From assembly GCA_951406725.2 (NCBI GenBank), contig OX597814.1, positions 123,938,001 to 124,002,000 of the forward strand: a stretch of DNA of 64,000 nucleotides, given 5' to 3'. This DNA is from Octopus vulgaris (taxonomy: Eukaryota). Both the position numbers and the translations under genes were made by a program. Positions 1 through 13,268 of the stretch are shown here, piece by piece. The notes beneath the pieces are model-generated. The model saw only the letters and a program-made list of their open reading frames with translations. It was not told where the DNA came from and made no database searches. Position 1 is the stretch's first letter. Each line of letters starts with the position of its first letter.

Positions 1-549
1 TTTCATCCAGCTTGTAAAGACTGGTGTTATGAAATGTGAAAATATAAAGTTGGACACTGTCAATGATAATATTTTTATCTGATGTATGTAAAAGTATTTT
101 TAATAATAATTGGAGGAATAATCTTGTTGTTGGAAAGTTATTTAAGTCATTGAAAACTAAGTTAACAGATGAAGATGGTAACTTGAGTAAATGGAAAATG
201 AAATGGTCAACCAATTAGTTGAGAATAATAATGACAAAATCTGTGTATGAAGTTGAACATGGTGGCACAACAATGAAGAAGAAGAAGAAGAAGAAGAGGA
301 AGAGGAAGAAGAAGAAGAAGAAGAAGAAGAAGAAGAAGAAGAAGAAGGAATTGGTTGAAATTAAAATATGGTAGCTAGCTCATAGTAGAGTTGTGGAATC
401 GCTCTTGCAAGATCATTGTAGATACTATTTCAATGTTTCCTTGCATGTAGTAAACTTCCTAAAACGTTAAAAGAAGATATAATATGACCTGTCTATAAAA
501 GAGGAAGTAGACCAGATACTAAAAATAACAGGTTTATCTCTCTGATCTC

Positions 550-1200
550 CCTCAGGGAACTGTACTGGGACCTCTACTGTTTGTGGTGGCTCTCTCAGAC
601 ACGCCCTCAGCTGTACAGTCAGCTGCTCTCTCCGTGCTGATGATACAAAAGCATCATGGGTAGTCAAGGACTCTGATGATGTCCTAAAACTGCAGAAAGA
701 CCTGAATGGAATATATAAGTGGGTTGATGAAAATAACATACAGTTCAATGAGAAGTTTTAAGCTCTTCATTATCAGTCTACAAACAAGCTTCAATAAGAA
801 AAACAGAGGACCAGGAGCTACTACAATCCCAGAGTTACAGTTAGTGCATGATTTGGGAATCCACATGAGTAATGTGGCAACATTTCATGTGTATATTACC
901 AAGATGGCAGTACTGTGCAGGTAAGTTTCTAGCTGGATTCTGAGATCTTTTAGAACCAGGAAAAAGGACACCATGCTACTCATATGGAGAACTTTCGTTC
1001 TCAGTCATCTGGTTTACTGTGCCTAACTGTGGTCACTGCAGAGTGTCAAACTAGTGGTAGAACTCAAGACAATCAAGTGCCACTACTCAAAGAAGATTGA
1101 CTTGGTGCAACAGATGAGCTACTGGTAGAGATTAAAGGAACTGAAGCTCTATTCCATAGAGAGAAGATGTGAAAGATATGCAGTGATACACATATGAAAG
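550..1200 (+). mobile_element. Decayed CR1/L2-group LINE reverse transcriptase C-terminal fragment
   Basis: Frame-broken translation gives ADDTK..., LQKDLNGIYKWVDENNIQFN, DLGIHMSN..FHVYI, WILRSFRTR..ML.IWRTFVLSHL.YC..LWS, SYW.RLKELKLYSIERR.ERY, the typical CR1/L2 RT tail; several stops and frameshifts. Confidence 0.8.
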
Positions 1201-1426
1201 GGTACATGACTATTCAACTTTCTACCAAACTACCTCAGAAATTTTTGAGGCATAGATGTAGAGATCTTCAAAGAATGTTTGGACAAATTTTTTTCTGAGA
1301 TATTAGATGGCAGGAGGAACAAAGAAGAGCAACTTTGTCTAACTCACTACTCCACCAGAAGTAATAGGGAAAAGAAACCCAATCACACAAAAAATCACAC
1401 CTTAAAACCATAATAATATTATAACA

Positions 1427-1707
1427 GAGATGTACTTGCATAGCAAGTGATTTGATCTGGGATTGTGTGCTGAAACGAAAACAATTGCAGCGTGGAAGGT
1501 ATTTGTAAGCCATTTAAGAAACACACAAAAGCTGTTCGATTCACTTCAACATTTAAGTTTAATTTGTCAAAATATTTTCGTCGCCTTAAGACCGGACCTG
1601 TTCATTGACAAAAATCTGTGCTGCATGGATTTTTGTCAGTGAACAGGTCGCGGTCTTAAAGCGCCGAAAATATTTTGACAAATTAAACTTAAATGTTGAA
1701 GTGAATC
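1427..1707. mobile_element. Fold-back Penelope-like insertion with hammerhead motif and 13-bp TSD
   Basis: Arms 1538-1616 and 1628-1707 are reverse complements; TAATATTATAACA is duplicated at 1414-1426 and 1708-1720; a related fold-back relic lies at about 17555-17765. Confidence 0.75.
1632..1682 (+). ncRNA. Type I minimal hammerhead ribozyme motif, G3:C8 core variant
   Basis: Stem I TTTGTCA/TGACAAA; core GTGAACA (1639-1645); stem II GGTCGC..GCGCC; GAAA 1666-1669; palindromic stem III AATATT; NUH=UUU. Confidence 0.6.
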
Positions 1708-1754
1708 TAATATTATAACATTTATTGACATAATGAATTATTTAGTCACATGAG

Positions 1755-2190
1755 CGCCATTTCGATGGATAACTTCAAAAACCTTATTAGTCATGGAATC
1801 TGTCAATTTCTTAATGGTAGAAAGTTGGACTGCTTCGGCTGCAGCTTTGATGGTCGCCCATATGACTTCCGCTATCCCTGTCTACTGTCCTACACAGTAC
1901 CCTATACGATCTCGACAACCCGATGCAATTGCTCCTTGTCCACGTTGGTGCATTTGGGTGGTCAAGTCAGTACCTGTCAGACAGTTGAAACCATCTGAGC
2001 AGGTCTCTGAGACATTTGCATCCCCGTCTATTCCTATCTCCGCTCATGTAGTCTACATGTGAGTCCAAGGTAGCATTCCAATTCCCCACTAAAAGTAAGG
2101 GACAAGACGTTCCCAGGAATACTTCTAGACATCGAAAGAAGTCCTGTTGACCTGTTAAAGGCGGTGTGTAGACTGATGATTTTGCAGCCA
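1755..2190 (-). mobile_element. L1/Tx1-type LINE AP-endonuclease fragment (decayed)
   Basis: Minus-strand ORF SVYTPP...FFRCLEVFL...LLLVGNWNATLD...LLRWFQLSDRY, continuing HPNAPTWT; matches the APE motifs vYaP, lgGDfN and L.D.w. Confidence 0.7.
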
Positions 2191-2531
2191 TAAAGGGCTT
2201 AGCTCCATGGACAACATGTCAGAGTCTAAAGCTGAAGTCATATAATTCTTCAACTCTGTGAGGTAGGAATCCATTAGTCAGTAAGTAAATAAAGAACAAA
2301 CAATCTGGGTCAGCAAGGATGGGTTATCTCCCTTAGACCAGTTCATATGGGTCAACAATAGGGGAACAGGGCATTTTGCTTTTAGGTTGCTTTTAGCTCG
2401 TAAGGACTTTTTTGAATCTAATCAATGAATGGGGAATCCCATGCTTGCAGCAGGTAACATTTGAGATGGTTGCAGGGGCTGTAAACTTTTTGCTGAGAGT
2501 TCAGTAATCCCAGATATATGATACACTGATG

Positions 2532-2563
<32 letters not shown>

Positions 2564-3367
2564 TTACTGTGCACAATATATGGATTTATCTAATCTGGTG
2601 ATAATCATAACAAAACTCCTTTAACGTATCAGGCAACAAACTACATTGTAAACCAATACATATGTTTGTAATGTAGAGTCTTTTGCAGTTGAAATCCAGT
2701 AAATCTGATCAGTGTTGATTATTTCATGAGGAGTATATAGAATATATAGAAAGTCAGGAGGTATGAGATAAATATATTTATTTCACCAGTTGATATCCAT
2801 AAGATGACAGTCATTTCACAGCCAACATCATGCATTAGCTTGTAAAATGTACAATAGTATTATGTAATTTATAACATACACGCTAGTGCAGACATGTAAA
2901 ATAATTCATTATAGACTAAAATTTAGTTATTTTTCCAAAATGTTGAATGTGAAATGATCATCATCTTATGGATATCAACGAATGAAAAAAATTTTTCATC
3001 TCATATCTCCTGAATAAGCAATACAACATTCCTTTTTCTTCCTGAGATAACAAAACATCAGAATGCAGGACCGGGTGCTTGTCCTGCTTCTGTTCAAAGA
3101 TTTGGGCGACGTTGACTCCGACATCGGCACCAACTCTGTGCAAGCATGAATGCATGCTGGCAAAATGCCACCTGTCTAAATGAAGACCTTACCTGTCATT
3201 GTGGTTTTGTGGCATGGAGCAAAGCAGGCCTTGCTGTTCACTCAAGAAAACACGAAGTAAATGAGCCACAAGCACTTGAGCAGACTGAGTCCTCAACTTG
3301 TTCGTTCCATTGAACATGATTACCACTATTTTACTGAACCCTCATTTATCATTCACAATGAGAGGAT

Positions 3368-3433
<66 letters not shown>

Positions 3434-3435
<2 letters not shown>

Positions 3436-3750
3436 AGGTGCAATAGCCCAGTGGTTAGGGCAGCAGACTCACAGTCGGAGGATTGCGGTTTCGATTCCCA
3501 GACCGGGCTTTGTCTGTGTTTATTGAGTGAAAACACCTAAAGCTTCACGAAGCTTCGCCAGGGTGTGGTAGCGACCCCTGTAATACTCTTTCGCCCCAAC
3601 TTTCTCTCACTCTTTCTTCCTGTTTCTTGAGTAACGCTGCGATGGAGTGGCGTCCCGTCTAGCTGGGGTGGAGGGAACACATACGCCACAGAAACTGGGA
3701 AACTGGGCCCATGAGCCTGGCTAGGCTTGAAAAGGGCACATAAATAAAAT
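3434..3750 (+). mobile_element. tRNA-derived SINE, family C (other copies about 24337-24635 +, 39097-39350 +, 48247-48400 +, 59570-59775 -, 62105-62240 +)
   Basis: A box TAGCCCAGTGG and B box GGTTTCGATTCC followed by a shared body ending ...ATGAGCCTGGCTAGGCTT; multiple diverged copies in the window. Confidence 0.8.
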
Positions 3751-4033
3751 AATATATATATATGTATATGTGTGTGTGTATTATATATACATATATACGT
3801 ATGTATATACACAGATGTATATATTTATATATATATTTGTGTATATATGTATATGTATATGTGTGAATGTCTTTGTGTTTCTGTTGCTCCCCGCCACTGC
3901 TTGTCAAATGGTGTTGGTTGGTTTACATCCCTGTAATTTTAGCTATTTAGCAAAAGAGACTGTTTGTATAAGTGCCAGACTTGAAAAAAAAATATACATT
4001 GAGATCGATTTGCTTGACTAAACTCTGCAAGGT

Positions 4034-4466
4034 AGTGCTCCAGCATGGCCATAGACAAACGACTGAAACAAGTAAAAGATAAATGGCAAAGACATGTTGG
4101 AGAATACTGTCTAACATGTTTAGCCTTTTCTAAAAAGTTGGAGTGTGATTTGAGTGAAATTTGGTTGCTATTTCTAGCAGATTAAGTAAGCATACAAAGA
4201 CTCAGTCATTCCAGACGAATAGAGATAGTTTAGTTGGATATTACTACAATGCAGTGCTCCAGCATGGCTATAGACAAACGACTGAAATGAGTAAAAGATA
4301 AATGTCACAGACATGGAGGAGAATTCTGTCTAACACGTTTAGTCTTTTCTAAAAAGATGGAGTGTGGTTTGAGTGAAATTTGGCTGCTATTTCTAGCAGA
4401 TTAAGTAAGCATACAAAGACTCAGTCATTACAAACGAATAGAGATAGCTTAGTTGGACATTTACTG
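4034..4466. repeat. Local tandem duplication, 219-bp period
   Basis: AGTGCTCCAGCATGG..ATAGACAAACGACTGAAA..AGTTGGA occurs at 4034 and again at 4253 with few substitutions. Confidence 0.85.
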
Positions 4467-4881
4467 TATTTGATGAGTTTACAATTTAACAAGCCATGTT
4501 CACTTCTCTGATCTAAAAACATTATTGACTCCATATAAAATTATACCTGAGAAATCAGAGTGGATTTTGACTAAATTCTTCCTTAATTCTTGACACAGTA
4601 ATTTGGCCAGGAGTCATTATGTCCATTATCTTTAGAATTCTATGTAATATGAAGGATGACAGCTGTAATCTTAGCTTCCGGTCTAGAAGAAATGCTGCCA
4701 TTTTCGGGTGTTTAGTTCCTGAGAGATTACAAGAATAATTCTTAGTGGATTTATTATTTACTTAATAGCAAATTGTTCCTGTTTGTGCATTTCAATAGCA
4801 GTGTGTGAGCGTTTGTGTGTGTGTGTGTGTGTGTGTGCGTGTGTGTGTGCGAGTGTGTGTTTGCTTGCATGTATATATGTG

Positions 4882-4960
<79 letters not shown>

Positions 4961-5062
4961 TACATATATACATATATACATATATACATATATACATATA
5001 TATACATATATATATCTACATATGTATGAATACCTCCTCTCTCTCTCTCTCTCTCTATTTTT

Positions 5063-5096
<34 letters not shown>

Positions 5097-5263
5097 GTAT
5101 ATATGTATATATACACACACATATAAATGCATATATATATATATATATATATATGTGTGTATATATGTGTGTATATTTATACATATATGCATATATATAT
5201 GTATATGAGTGTTTGTGTATGTGTGTGTGAGCATGTTCGTGTGTATATCTGTGTGTGCATGTG

Positions 5264-5333
<70 letters not shown>

Positions 5334-6792
5334 CATTGTTTTATGCCTGCTTTCCATGCCACGCTGTGTACGTGGATATATGTATGTATACATATATACA
5401 CCCTACTTAAAACAAGCATGCCTAGCATAATAATATGTATGTATGTATGGAAATATTTACAAAAATTCATATTCTAATGAGTATTTAAATGGTCTTATAC
5501 AATATTAAGCAGCCACTCATTTGAAATAACACTATATTTTATTAACATGGTCACATTATAATTAAAATCTTATTTTTTTATATAATCAATCAACTCTACT
5601 AATATTTTAAATTATTTATTTAAATCTTTGCTTTTTTTTGCTTTCTTTTTAATGCAATTATGATTCTAGTAATGCAGAAATTGCTGAAAATAGTCAATAA
5701 TAAAAATAAAACAAAATTTTTCAAAAAGTCATATTTTTTGCTATTGATTTGTCAGTTTGTTGGTCTTTGAGACAATTTGCTAAAGACGTTCTAAAAGCAA
5801 GTGAAATATTATGAAATGCAACTAGTTTCTTATTTATTTTCGGTTTGTTAAACTGTGTCAAATGTTCAAAATATAAAGAGTGAGCAGCTGTTGCCATACT
5901 GCCATACAAGGACATATCTTTCATAACACTGGAAATGCCATACATGTGATTGATATAAAATAAACTTATAAGAAATTGTGATAAGAGTTTCTTAAAGAAA
6001 TATAAGAAAAAGAAAAGATAAGATGGCATATCAGGAATAGGTTTTGAATAGACAGAAAAATATATATTAATTAAGGAAAGATACCAGAGACCTAATTTGA
6101 AGGTTTCAGCTGTGACCAAATCTGTCGAGAGACTTCTTGAATTGTGATACAAAATTTTGGGAAGAATCAGGAATTGTCATATCAAATTTTATATATCATT
6201 CATTTAGTTGAGATGATTGATAGCAGACAGGTGCATTTGAGTAACAACAACAACAACAACAGCAACAACAACAACAATGACAACATCAACAACAACAGCA
6301 ACAACAGTATCACTTTCAATAAATCAGTAATTTCCACCATTGATTAACAAGTTCTTCGAGAATTTGCTTTATACAGGAAAAGATAAGGCTATTCCAGTAT
6401 ACTGGTACAGAATTTGTTCTAGATTTGATTACTTATTTATCTAATTATTTAGATAGGGCAAAGATCATGAAAAATCTCAGAAACTACATGAGTGGCAAAG
6501 TTATCCTAAAACCAGAGACTAAATGGTCTGTCTTTCATGCTGGTATGGAATGGCTGGTTCAATAGGATCCAGTGACTCACAGTGCTACGTTGAGCTCCAG
6601 TGTATGCTCTGGCATAGTTACTGCAACTGAATGCTTCCACTAATACCATCCACTTTATATGGTATAGCGGCTGCTTTTATTTATGGCACCAGTACTTCTG
6701 AGAGTGTATTGCCGTTTACAAGCTTTGGTGCCTATTATTAAAAACTCAAAGTAACAGGTGATCCTTTTATATTACATTTACATATGTACATA

Positions 6793-7790
6793 CTAGCAGA
6801 GACACCCAGCATTGTTCAGGATTAAAATGGCTTAGCTTCATCATCATCATCATCATTTAACGTCCGCTTTCCATGCTAGCATGGGTTGGACGACTTGACT
6901 GAGGTCTGGTGAACCAGACTCCAATTTGATCTGGCAGAGTTTCTACAGCTGGATGCCCTTCCTAACGCCAACCACTCCGAGAGTGTAGTGGGTGATTTTA
7001 CGTGCCACCGGCATGAGGGCCAGTTTGGTGGTACTGGCAACGGCCATGCCCAAATAGTGCTTTTTACATGCCACCTGCACAGGAGCCAGTCCAGCGGCAC
7101 TGGCAATGACCTTGCTTGAATATTTCACATGCCACTTATTCGAGCGAGGTCGTCACCAGTGCAGCTGGACTGGCTCCTGAAACAGGTGATATGGGAAAGT
7201 GCTGCATTGACAAAACATTTGTGGAGTAAATGATGGGCTAATTCGACTAAACAACATGCTATGCATCTGTTTGGAGTATTTCAGACCCTAACCTGTGGGG
7301 GTTATGTGATTTTTGAATGCACCGAGAAGCTGTCAGTGGATATACTCTCTTTTGCAGCAGACAGCGCTATGTCTAACACGACCCATCATCTGAAATGTTG
7401 ACACCTCCTTCGGATTTGGTGTTCTACATCACTCATAAAGTAAATTTGGAGGAACTGTGGTTGTTCATTTGTGGGTAACAGGGAACCAATGAGGTAATAG
7501 ACTTGTCCTTGAACTTTGACATCATAAATTCATGTTTATCTATCTTCTTAGATGCACCAAACGATGTCATTTGCAGAGTTGTATTGTCTGATATTGTTCA
7601 GAAAATCCTTTGACTGGATGGAAATGTCTTCTAGAAGATCCATAAGAAGTTGGGAAGGAGCTGGTAGTGCTGGCAATGTTACCTGACTGCCTGAGTAGCA
7701 CATACCATTTGTCTCATTTAAAAATTTTAAAGCTCTATAGAGAAAAGACAATTTGTGTTTAGCACCCCAATTTGGACAGAGCTATTATTT
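6793..7790 (-). mobile_element. Helitron relic (Rep N-terminal fragment plus 3' end), interrupted by an RTE 3' fragment
   Basis: Minus strand encodes MCYSGSQVTLPALPAP..LL.LL..FLNNIRQYNSA, MTSFGA, FKVQGQVYYLIGSLLP, PQFLQIY; a hairpin plus CTAG-type 3' terminus lies at 6793-6820. Confidence 0.75.
6838..7135 (-). mobile_element. RTE-LINE-related 3' end repeat with (GAT)n tail (other copies 10838-11148 -, 22130-22449 +, 25270-25452 -, 40310-40750 -, 53353-53770 -, 55628-56132 -, 59086-59437 +, 60880-61105 +)
   Basis: Near-identical ...GAGTGGTTGGCGTTAGGAAGGGCATCCAGCTGTAGAAAC...CCAACCCATGCTAGCATGGAAAGCGGACGTTAAATGATGATG in many copies; related 3'UTR motifs follow RTE coding sequence at 45800-46570. 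Confidence 0.8.
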
Positions 7791-8248
7791 TTATAAGAAT
7801 GGGATGGATCATATCTAAAAATAGCTTCAGAAGTTGTGAAGAACGAATTTGTACGTAGTCTGTTTCTGAGAGCTATTCTATTGGACTTCTGTCTAATAAT
7901 TAAAACATTGATTTAATGATCCAGCATTAAGTACTGCAACATGCATTTGCTGATGTTGAGAAAATCTCATCTAGCTTCTCTCTTCAGACTCTCACCTTCG
8001 GTTTTCTACAATTCTCCTTGCTTTATACTTGTTTCTGGAGAGATTATATCTTTTCTTTGGTGCCATATTTTTCTCAATATTGTAAACAAAAAATTATGAA
8101 CATAGAAAGAAATTATACATTAATCCCTATTTTTGGAAGCAGTTGTATCTATAAAAATTTAATTTCAAGAGAGCATAAATTGAAAGAAGATAAAGCAAAA
8201 AGAACAGAGAAAGAAAGTGAGAGATGTATGTAAATCTATATGAAATGG

Positions 8249-8283
<35 letters not shown>

Positions 8284-9866
8284 TGCATTTGTGTATGTGA
8301 GAGAGGAAGAGGGTGAGAAAGAGAGATAGAGTGAGTTAAGGTGTGTGTCGTGATGATTGACATCTTTTAAGGTAGACACACATGTGGTATAATAGTATAA
8401 ATAGAAAATGTGGCATAATAGTATAAAATTTTTGCAATAGTTGATTTATAGAAAAGGTTGTTAATCTTTTGAAATGCAAATATGTGAATGAAAATTAAGT
8501 TTAATTTGTAACCAAAATAGTACTGAATCTTTTGTACCCCATACGTCAAAATCTGTAATTTGATTTTGGAAAGCATAAGGAATATATAATATCAATGAGA
8601 CAGACCTCTACATGGTAGCTAGATCTGGTGGAAATAGCAGCCCAATCTCCCCCAAAACACCCTACTGTCTTAATCCAACAATTCTGCCTATTATGTAGTT
8701 TGAATGAGGAACTGTAACTAAAGATTAAGATTATTAACCCCACACAGAGAGGGAAGAAGAAAGACAGCATAGCGACAGTTTTGGCTGACTGTCATCCTTG
8801 CTGCTAGTGAAATGTTATATGCTGGCTGTCTGAGCAACTGGTTGTTTTAATGATGGAACAAACAAGACGTTAAAGACAAAAATAGTGATGTGGTTTGTGA
8901 GCAACCTACTTACCACACATCCACTCCTGTGCCTGAAAACGTTTTTAATAAAATGTTTTGGATGTGAATAGATCTCCACTCTCCTCTTTGTTATTGTCAT
9001 CGGTTAATGCCTGTCTACCATTTTGGCCTGGGTTGGATCAGTTGTCAGTTGGGTCTGGCAAGCCAGAAGACTGCTCCAAGCTCCACTGTCTGTGTTTGGC
9101 ACGATTTCTACAGCTGGATGCCCTTCCAAATGTGAATCACTTTACAGAGTGGGCTCCGTGATTGTTACATGGCACCAGCACTATAACAGTAGCTTGTTGA
9201 CCTGGTTGAACTGTGCCTTTAGTAGAAGACATTTGCCCAAGGTGCCATGTAATGGAGTTGAACCTAGAACCATGTGGTTCAGAAACAAACTTCTTATCAC
9301 ACAACCATACCTGTGTATGAGTATTTAAGAGCCATATTGTGGTGGTGTTATACCAGGTGATACATTAAACCCATTATCCAAGAACAGAAACTGTAACATC
9401 AGGCTTCCACACAGTTTCTATTTACAAAATTTCATTTACAAGACTGAGTGGGATTGAAACCAGAACCAAAGTGGTTGGGAAGTGAATTTCTTAACGACCC
9501 TGCTATGTTTACCCCCATTGTAATTTAATAAAAAAATTATTTAGATGTGGTTATTATTGTTTAAATCCATGCCAACCCTGATTAAAGACATTCCAATTAG
9601 GTAGATTATCTATGACTACTTTATCCAGTATGTACCTTGCGTTTCTAAAATTGTAGAATATAATTCAATGAGATCTAGATGTTATTTCTGGTGAGCTGTA
9701 CCACCAAACAGAAGTTTCTGAGTTGGTTGAAATACACCTGTGGGTTTGTGTGCTTGTGTTGTTGTTGTTGTTGTTGTTGTTGTTGTGTGTGTTTAGATTT
9801 AGGGGTGACTTGGGTCAAAACAATACTTTAAAAAACATATTTGTATTTACATACATATATGTCTAC

Positions 9867-9909
<43 letters not shown>

Positions 9910-9910
9910 C

Positions 9911-9963
<53 letters not shown>

Positions 9964-10039
9964 CATCCATCCATCCATCCACCCACCCAATCCCACCCAC
10001 CTACCTACCCACCTACCTACCTACCTACCTACCTACCTT

Positions 10040-10263
10040 TTTACTACCCACAAGGGGCTAAACACAGAGGGGACAAACAAGGACAGACAAACAGAGTAAC
10101 TCAATTACATCGACTCCAGTGCGTAACTGGTACTTTATTTATCGACCCCAAAAGATTGAAAGGCAAAGTCGACCTCGGTGGAATTTGAACTTAGAACGTA
10201 ACAGCAGACGAAATACTGCTAAGCATTTTGCCCGGTGTGCTAACGATTCTGCCAGCTCGCCGC
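10040..10263 (-). mobile_element. tRNA-derived SINE, family B (other copies about 46585-46970 +, 50640-50850 -, 52470-52663 -, 54388-54600 +)
   Basis: GGCGAGCTGGCAGAATCGTTAGCA head, B box GAGTTCAAATTCC, body GAGGTCGACTTTGCCTTTCA, tail CCCCTTGTGGGTAGTAAAG. Confidence 0.8.
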
Positions 10264-11432
10264 CTTTTCCTACCTACCTACCTACCTACCTACCTACCTA
10301 CCTACTTCTGTATGTATGTATGTATGTATGTATGTATGTATGTATGTATCTATCTATCCATTTATCTATCATTCTATGTTTCTATCTGACTGTCTGTCTA
10401 CCTGTCTGTTTGTCTGTCTGTCTATAGAATACAATCAATAACAAGTTATTGATTGTATTCTATAATTGTATAACAAGTAATAAGAGTTGTTAGTGAAAAT
10501 TACATCATAGCTGCACAAGCCACTCATCAGGTGCACATACAAACTACGACCAACTTGAGTAAAATGGTCTTCAATTGTACTCAAGTCAGTCATAGATTGT
10601 TTGTGCACTTGGTGAATGAATTGTTCAAACATGACACAAACTAAAAAATGATTTATAGTCTACCCAGTGAATTGTATTATATTATACTACAATATAATAA
10701 CACATTCCAGCCAAGCATGGAGTACTCTCAGTACTCTATTAATCATTAATCAAAATAAGCAAGTGCTTAGGATATCAAGAGAAAGGCAACACCAGAGAAA
10801 TGGTAAATGGTTTATGACACAAAAGAAATCACTTTCAACATCATCATTGTTTAACGTCTGCTTTCCATGCTAGCATGCGTTGGACGATTTTGACTGAGGA
10901 ATGGCGAAACAGATGGCTGCACCAGGCTCCACTCTTGATCTGGCAGAGTCTCTACTGCTGGATACCCTTCCTAACGCCAACCACTCCGAGAGTGTAGTGG
11001 ATGCTTTTATGTGCCACCGGCACGGGGGCCAATCAGGTGGTACTGGCAATGACCTCGCTTGAATCTTTTTATACATACCACTGGCACAGGTGCCAGTAAG
11101 GCGACGCTGGTAATGATCATGCTTGAATGGTGCCTTTTACATGCCACCTTATCTTTACCATGTATAAAAGCTGATGTGTTATATAAGAGTAATTTTGAGG
11201 ATCTGATCAAAGATTTTGCCATAGAAAAAAAAGTAGGACATCTTGATTCTTTCTCACATACTGTCTTGCAACATGAAACACATCAAATCTTTGGTCCTCA
11301 TGATGCAGAACATTGGCAAATGTTTTCTTATCTGCTTCCCCTCTGGCTAAGTAAACTTGTCTCCTAGCGTCCCTTCTGGCAATCTGATACAGTTCCTTGT
11401 TACCACTATTCTTCTAGTCCTTCTTTTCCCTA

Positions 11433-11854
11433 TACTCTTACTCTCTTTTACTTGTTTCAGTCATTTGACTGTGGCCATGCTGGAGCACCACCTTTAGTCG
11501 AGCAAATTGACCCCAGCACTTATTCTTTGTAAGCCTAGTACTTATTCTATCAGTCTCTTTTGCCGAACTGCTAAGTTATGGGGACATAAACACACCAGCA
11601 CCGGTTGTCAAGCGATGTTGGGGGGACAAACACAGACACACAAACATACACACACACACACACACACACACATGTATATATATACATATATACGACAGGC
11701 TTCTTTCAGTTTCCATCTACCAAATCCACTCACAAGGCTTTGGTTGGCCTGAGACTATGGTAGAAGACACTTGCCCAAGGTGCCATGCAGTGATACCGAA
11801 CCTGGAACAATGTGGTTCGTAAGCAAGCTACTTACCACAAAGCCACTTTTGCGC

Positions 11855-11855
<1 letters not shown>
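11433..11855 (-). mobile_element. tRNA-derived SINE, family A, with internal (TA)n/(TG)n
   Basis: Reverse complement of GGCGCA..GTGGCT.TGTGGTAAGTAGCTTGCT...GGCACCTTGGGCAAGTGTCTTCTAC...GCTCCAGCATGGCC.CAGTCAAATGACTGAAACAAGTAAAAGAG. Confidence 0.9.
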
Positions 11856-11900
<45 letters not shown>

Positions 11901-12254
11901 TTATACATGTATGTATAACTATACATATACATATACATACATGAACACAGCTTGATGCTATCACCAAGTCCCGGGTTCAGTCCCACTGCTTGGTACTTCA
12001 GGCAAGTATCTTTTACCAGGGCCTTGGGTCGACCCAAAACTTTTGGCTGAAATTTGGTCAATGGCATTCAGAGGTCCTGCCATGTCACGTGTTGTACTTT
12101 GCTGATTCACCACCTTAAGAATTATGTTATGGTTACACCTGTCTGTGGAATACACAGCCATTTACATACTAATTGAATGGATAAGTTATTTAGTTGATAA
12201 AAGAACTGAATAATTCAGCATTGAAATTGACAGCAAATCCAATAATTTTATGCA

Positions 12255-12870
12255 CACACACACACACCCACTCTCTCTCTCTTTCACACAAACACACGCA
12301 CACACACGCACACACACATATACACGCACATGCACACACACAAACACACACACACAACTTTCTCTCCCCATACACACTCATACACATACACACTCACACA
12401 CACCCACGCACTAACATTCACACATACTCACACACACATTCACTCCAATACACACATTCTCATACACACATTCTTACACCCACACACACATACACATTCT
12501 CACACACATTCACATACATATACACATTTACATACATACACACATGCATACATGCACATATACGCACACACACATACACACATACTCACACACATTCACA
12601 TACACATACATAGATATACACACTTACACACATACACACATGCATTCATGCACATATACACACACACACAAACTCACACACATTCACATACACATACATA
12701 TACACAATTACACACATACACACATGCATCCATGCGCATATGTACACACACATACACACACACAATCACATACACTCACATACATATACATATACACACA
12801 TACACACATGCATACATGCACACACACACACACACACACACAGAACTCACACACATAAATATACACATGT
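12255..12870. repeat. Degenerate (CA)n/(CACATA)n low-complexity tract
   Basis: Direct inspection; generates the spurious His/Thr-rich ORFs. A similar tract lies at 61385-61830. Confidence 0.95.
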
Positions 12871-13075
12871 ACCATGTTCGTATGTGTATATCAATATTTG
12901 TTCCAACATGTTTAAACAACTCTTATGTTTTCAACACATCATGTAGAGAATAGTATTTCATTTGTCTGTTCATAATTATATTTACGCAACCAAGAATCAT
13001 AATTGAAAGACTGTTTTAGACTATGAATTTAATAAGTGATGAAATGTTTATTAATAATTAATATATTTATTCCAG

Positions 13076-13268
13076 TTCCATTGGACTCACTTTGTGCTGT
13101 GAGGTTGGTGAATGCAACAAAAACAAAAGCATCACCAAAAACATCTCCAGTTTCTTCCCCAAAGTCATCACCAAAGATGAGAAGGCAGAAAGCAGAGCAA
13201 GACTTTCGTGGTCAACCACAGATTGTGAAATCAACTTCTGGTCTCAAATGGAATGAAAAATTTGAACT
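13076..13268 (+). CDS. Exon of BAIAP3/Munc13-4-like protein, C2A domain (phase 1 in, phase 2 out)
   Basis: Acceptor atttattccag|; encodes (V)PLDSLCAVRLVNATKTKASPKTSPVSSPKSSPKMRRQKAEQDFRGQPQIVKSTSGLKWNEKFE(L), like FSDPYCMLGI...VKSSTLNPVW.E.F; donor |gcaagt (GC type). Confidence 0.8.

Noticed and set aside
5721-6152. 143-aa minus-strand ORF
   Set aside because: AT-rich hydrophobic low-information translation with a non-ATG start and no recognisable motif.
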